Shown: positions 62,775 through 64,000 of the stretch, piece after piece
Layout: every line of letters starts with the position of its first letter
Numbering within the stretch: the first letter of the stretch is position 1
Notes under the pieces: model-generated
Seen by the model: the letters and a program-made list of their open reading frames with translations, nothing else
The model's database searches: none
Told to the model about the DNA's origin: nothing
Assembly: GCA_973895155.1 (NCBI GenBank)
Contig: OZ316894.1
Location: 25,604,709 to 25,668,708 of the forward strand
Direction of reading: 5' to 3'
Origin: Marsupella aquatica
Taxonomy: Eukaryota; Plantae; Marchantiophyta
DNA: 64,000 nucleotides
Made by a program: the position numbers and the translations under genes

Positions 62775-64000
62775 CCCTAGAGTAGCAGAATGAATTTGAA
62801 AAGCGGTATGGGTGAAGAGGTTGGTCGCCACTCCTGCGGTGTGGTGTGATGACTGACGCCAGCCTGACTGTCTTGGTGATGATGAGAGCAGCGCTCTCGC
62901 TTCCCCTCTCCTGCTCGTGCGCTTCGCTGCGACGTTAATGACATGAGGAGGAATGATCGAGCTCTCGCGAACTTTTCCTTTTTGGCGTGCTCGACAGCCT
63001 TGTCGAGTTGTCGTCTGCGCCGTTTCTTGAGACGACGGTGATGAAGCGCCGAAGGATGGACTACAGTAACTGCTGTTCAGACGGAGGCATCCGTCAACCC
63101 CGGCTGCTCGTTCGTTGGTTCGTTCGTCGGTAGTGTGACCATGAAGAACGAAGAGGAGAGAATAGGGACACACGTGAATGAATGAACGCCAGCGGAGAGT
63201 AAAGATTTTTTCTGAAGAGCTAAGGAAGTGCGAGGACGGATTTTTGGAAGTATTGCAGAGGTTTGTGCGGTGCCTCCTCTACTTCTGCAGTACACTTATC
63301 TTTCGTCATGGTTGCGGAGTAGAGAGAATTTATTTCGCCATTTGTGAGCGGAGTCGTCGGGAAGAACGCTCGTCTCGCTGGAGCGCAGAGGGAGTAAAGG
63401 AAGCGATGCTGGCGAGTAATGTAGCCCGAGTGAATGGGGACAATTGGGAAAATTGTGCGTGACAGCAAAGGGGGATACTGTAGGGAGACTGGACCAGGGG
63501 AAGACGAGGGCGGAACAGATTTTGAATAAAAAATTGTCGTGGCGTTTTTGCATGCGGCACCACTGGCGGAAAGATGGCGATCATAATGGGCGCTTTTGGA
63601 GGATCTGTCACACGATATCGTGGGATTCCTCTTTGGCCGCTGCGGAAGGAGGGTTCCGGAAGGACGAGGAACTGAGGGAGGGAGGACCGATAGGGCCCTG
63701 GCAGGGAGCCCAAGGTGGCAAGGGAAGGAGTGGGTAGGAAGCAGAGGTCTTGTGGGGAAAACAGACAGGACCCACTGAACCGAGAATCGGCTTTGATGTA
63801 GGATTAAACGTCGCAATCTGGGGGGTCGCGAGATTGGGCTCCCATCTCTAGTGTGTGCCACTTTGGACTCACGGTACTTCTGTTTGATGTAATCTCGCGG
63901 CTGGACGTGCTCGAGGCGGCTGCTCGTCCGTCCTTGTTGCCGCTTTGGTTCGGTCGGGATATTATAGGCAAGTAATTTCGTTCAGTCGGCATAATATTAG

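Noticed and set aside
63220-63861. 213-aa minus-strand ORF as a gene
   Set aside because: P/S/R-rich composition typical of GC-rich non-coding or antisense frames; no motif support.

Overview
Eukaryotic nuclear DNA from a land plant, probably a non-seed plant such as a bryophyte (inferred from GT-AG introns, TTTAGGG telomere motifs, a plastid-targeted thioredoxin and a Bianca-type Copia element). It holds three apparently intact multi-exon host genes: snurportin-1 (+), a plastid thioredoxin-f-like gene with a TCGPC active site (-), and a DIS3/RRP44-family exoribonuclease that looks more DIS3L-like (+). The rest is largely mobile DNA: (i) a decayed, spliced gene fusing a ParB/Srx-like domain to a beta-class N6A/N4C DNA-methyltransferase-like domain, followed by an FCP1-type HAD ORF and structured end-like repeats (1-5.75 kb); (ii) a near full-length Bianca-like Ty1/Copia element with ~0.1 kb LTRs; (iii) two diverged Crypton-like (DUF3504-type) tyrosine recombinase genes head to tail (23-31 kb), the second bracketed by a perfect 30-bp direct repeat and inverted arms resembling attL/attR; (iv) a Tc1/mariner-type MITE, a Mutator-type MITE with a 10-bp TSD, and several tandem repeats. 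The best candidates for an undescribed system are the att-flanked tandem recombinase elements and the ParB-methyltransferase-FCP1 module. All family calls come from reading motifs by eye, not from database searches.
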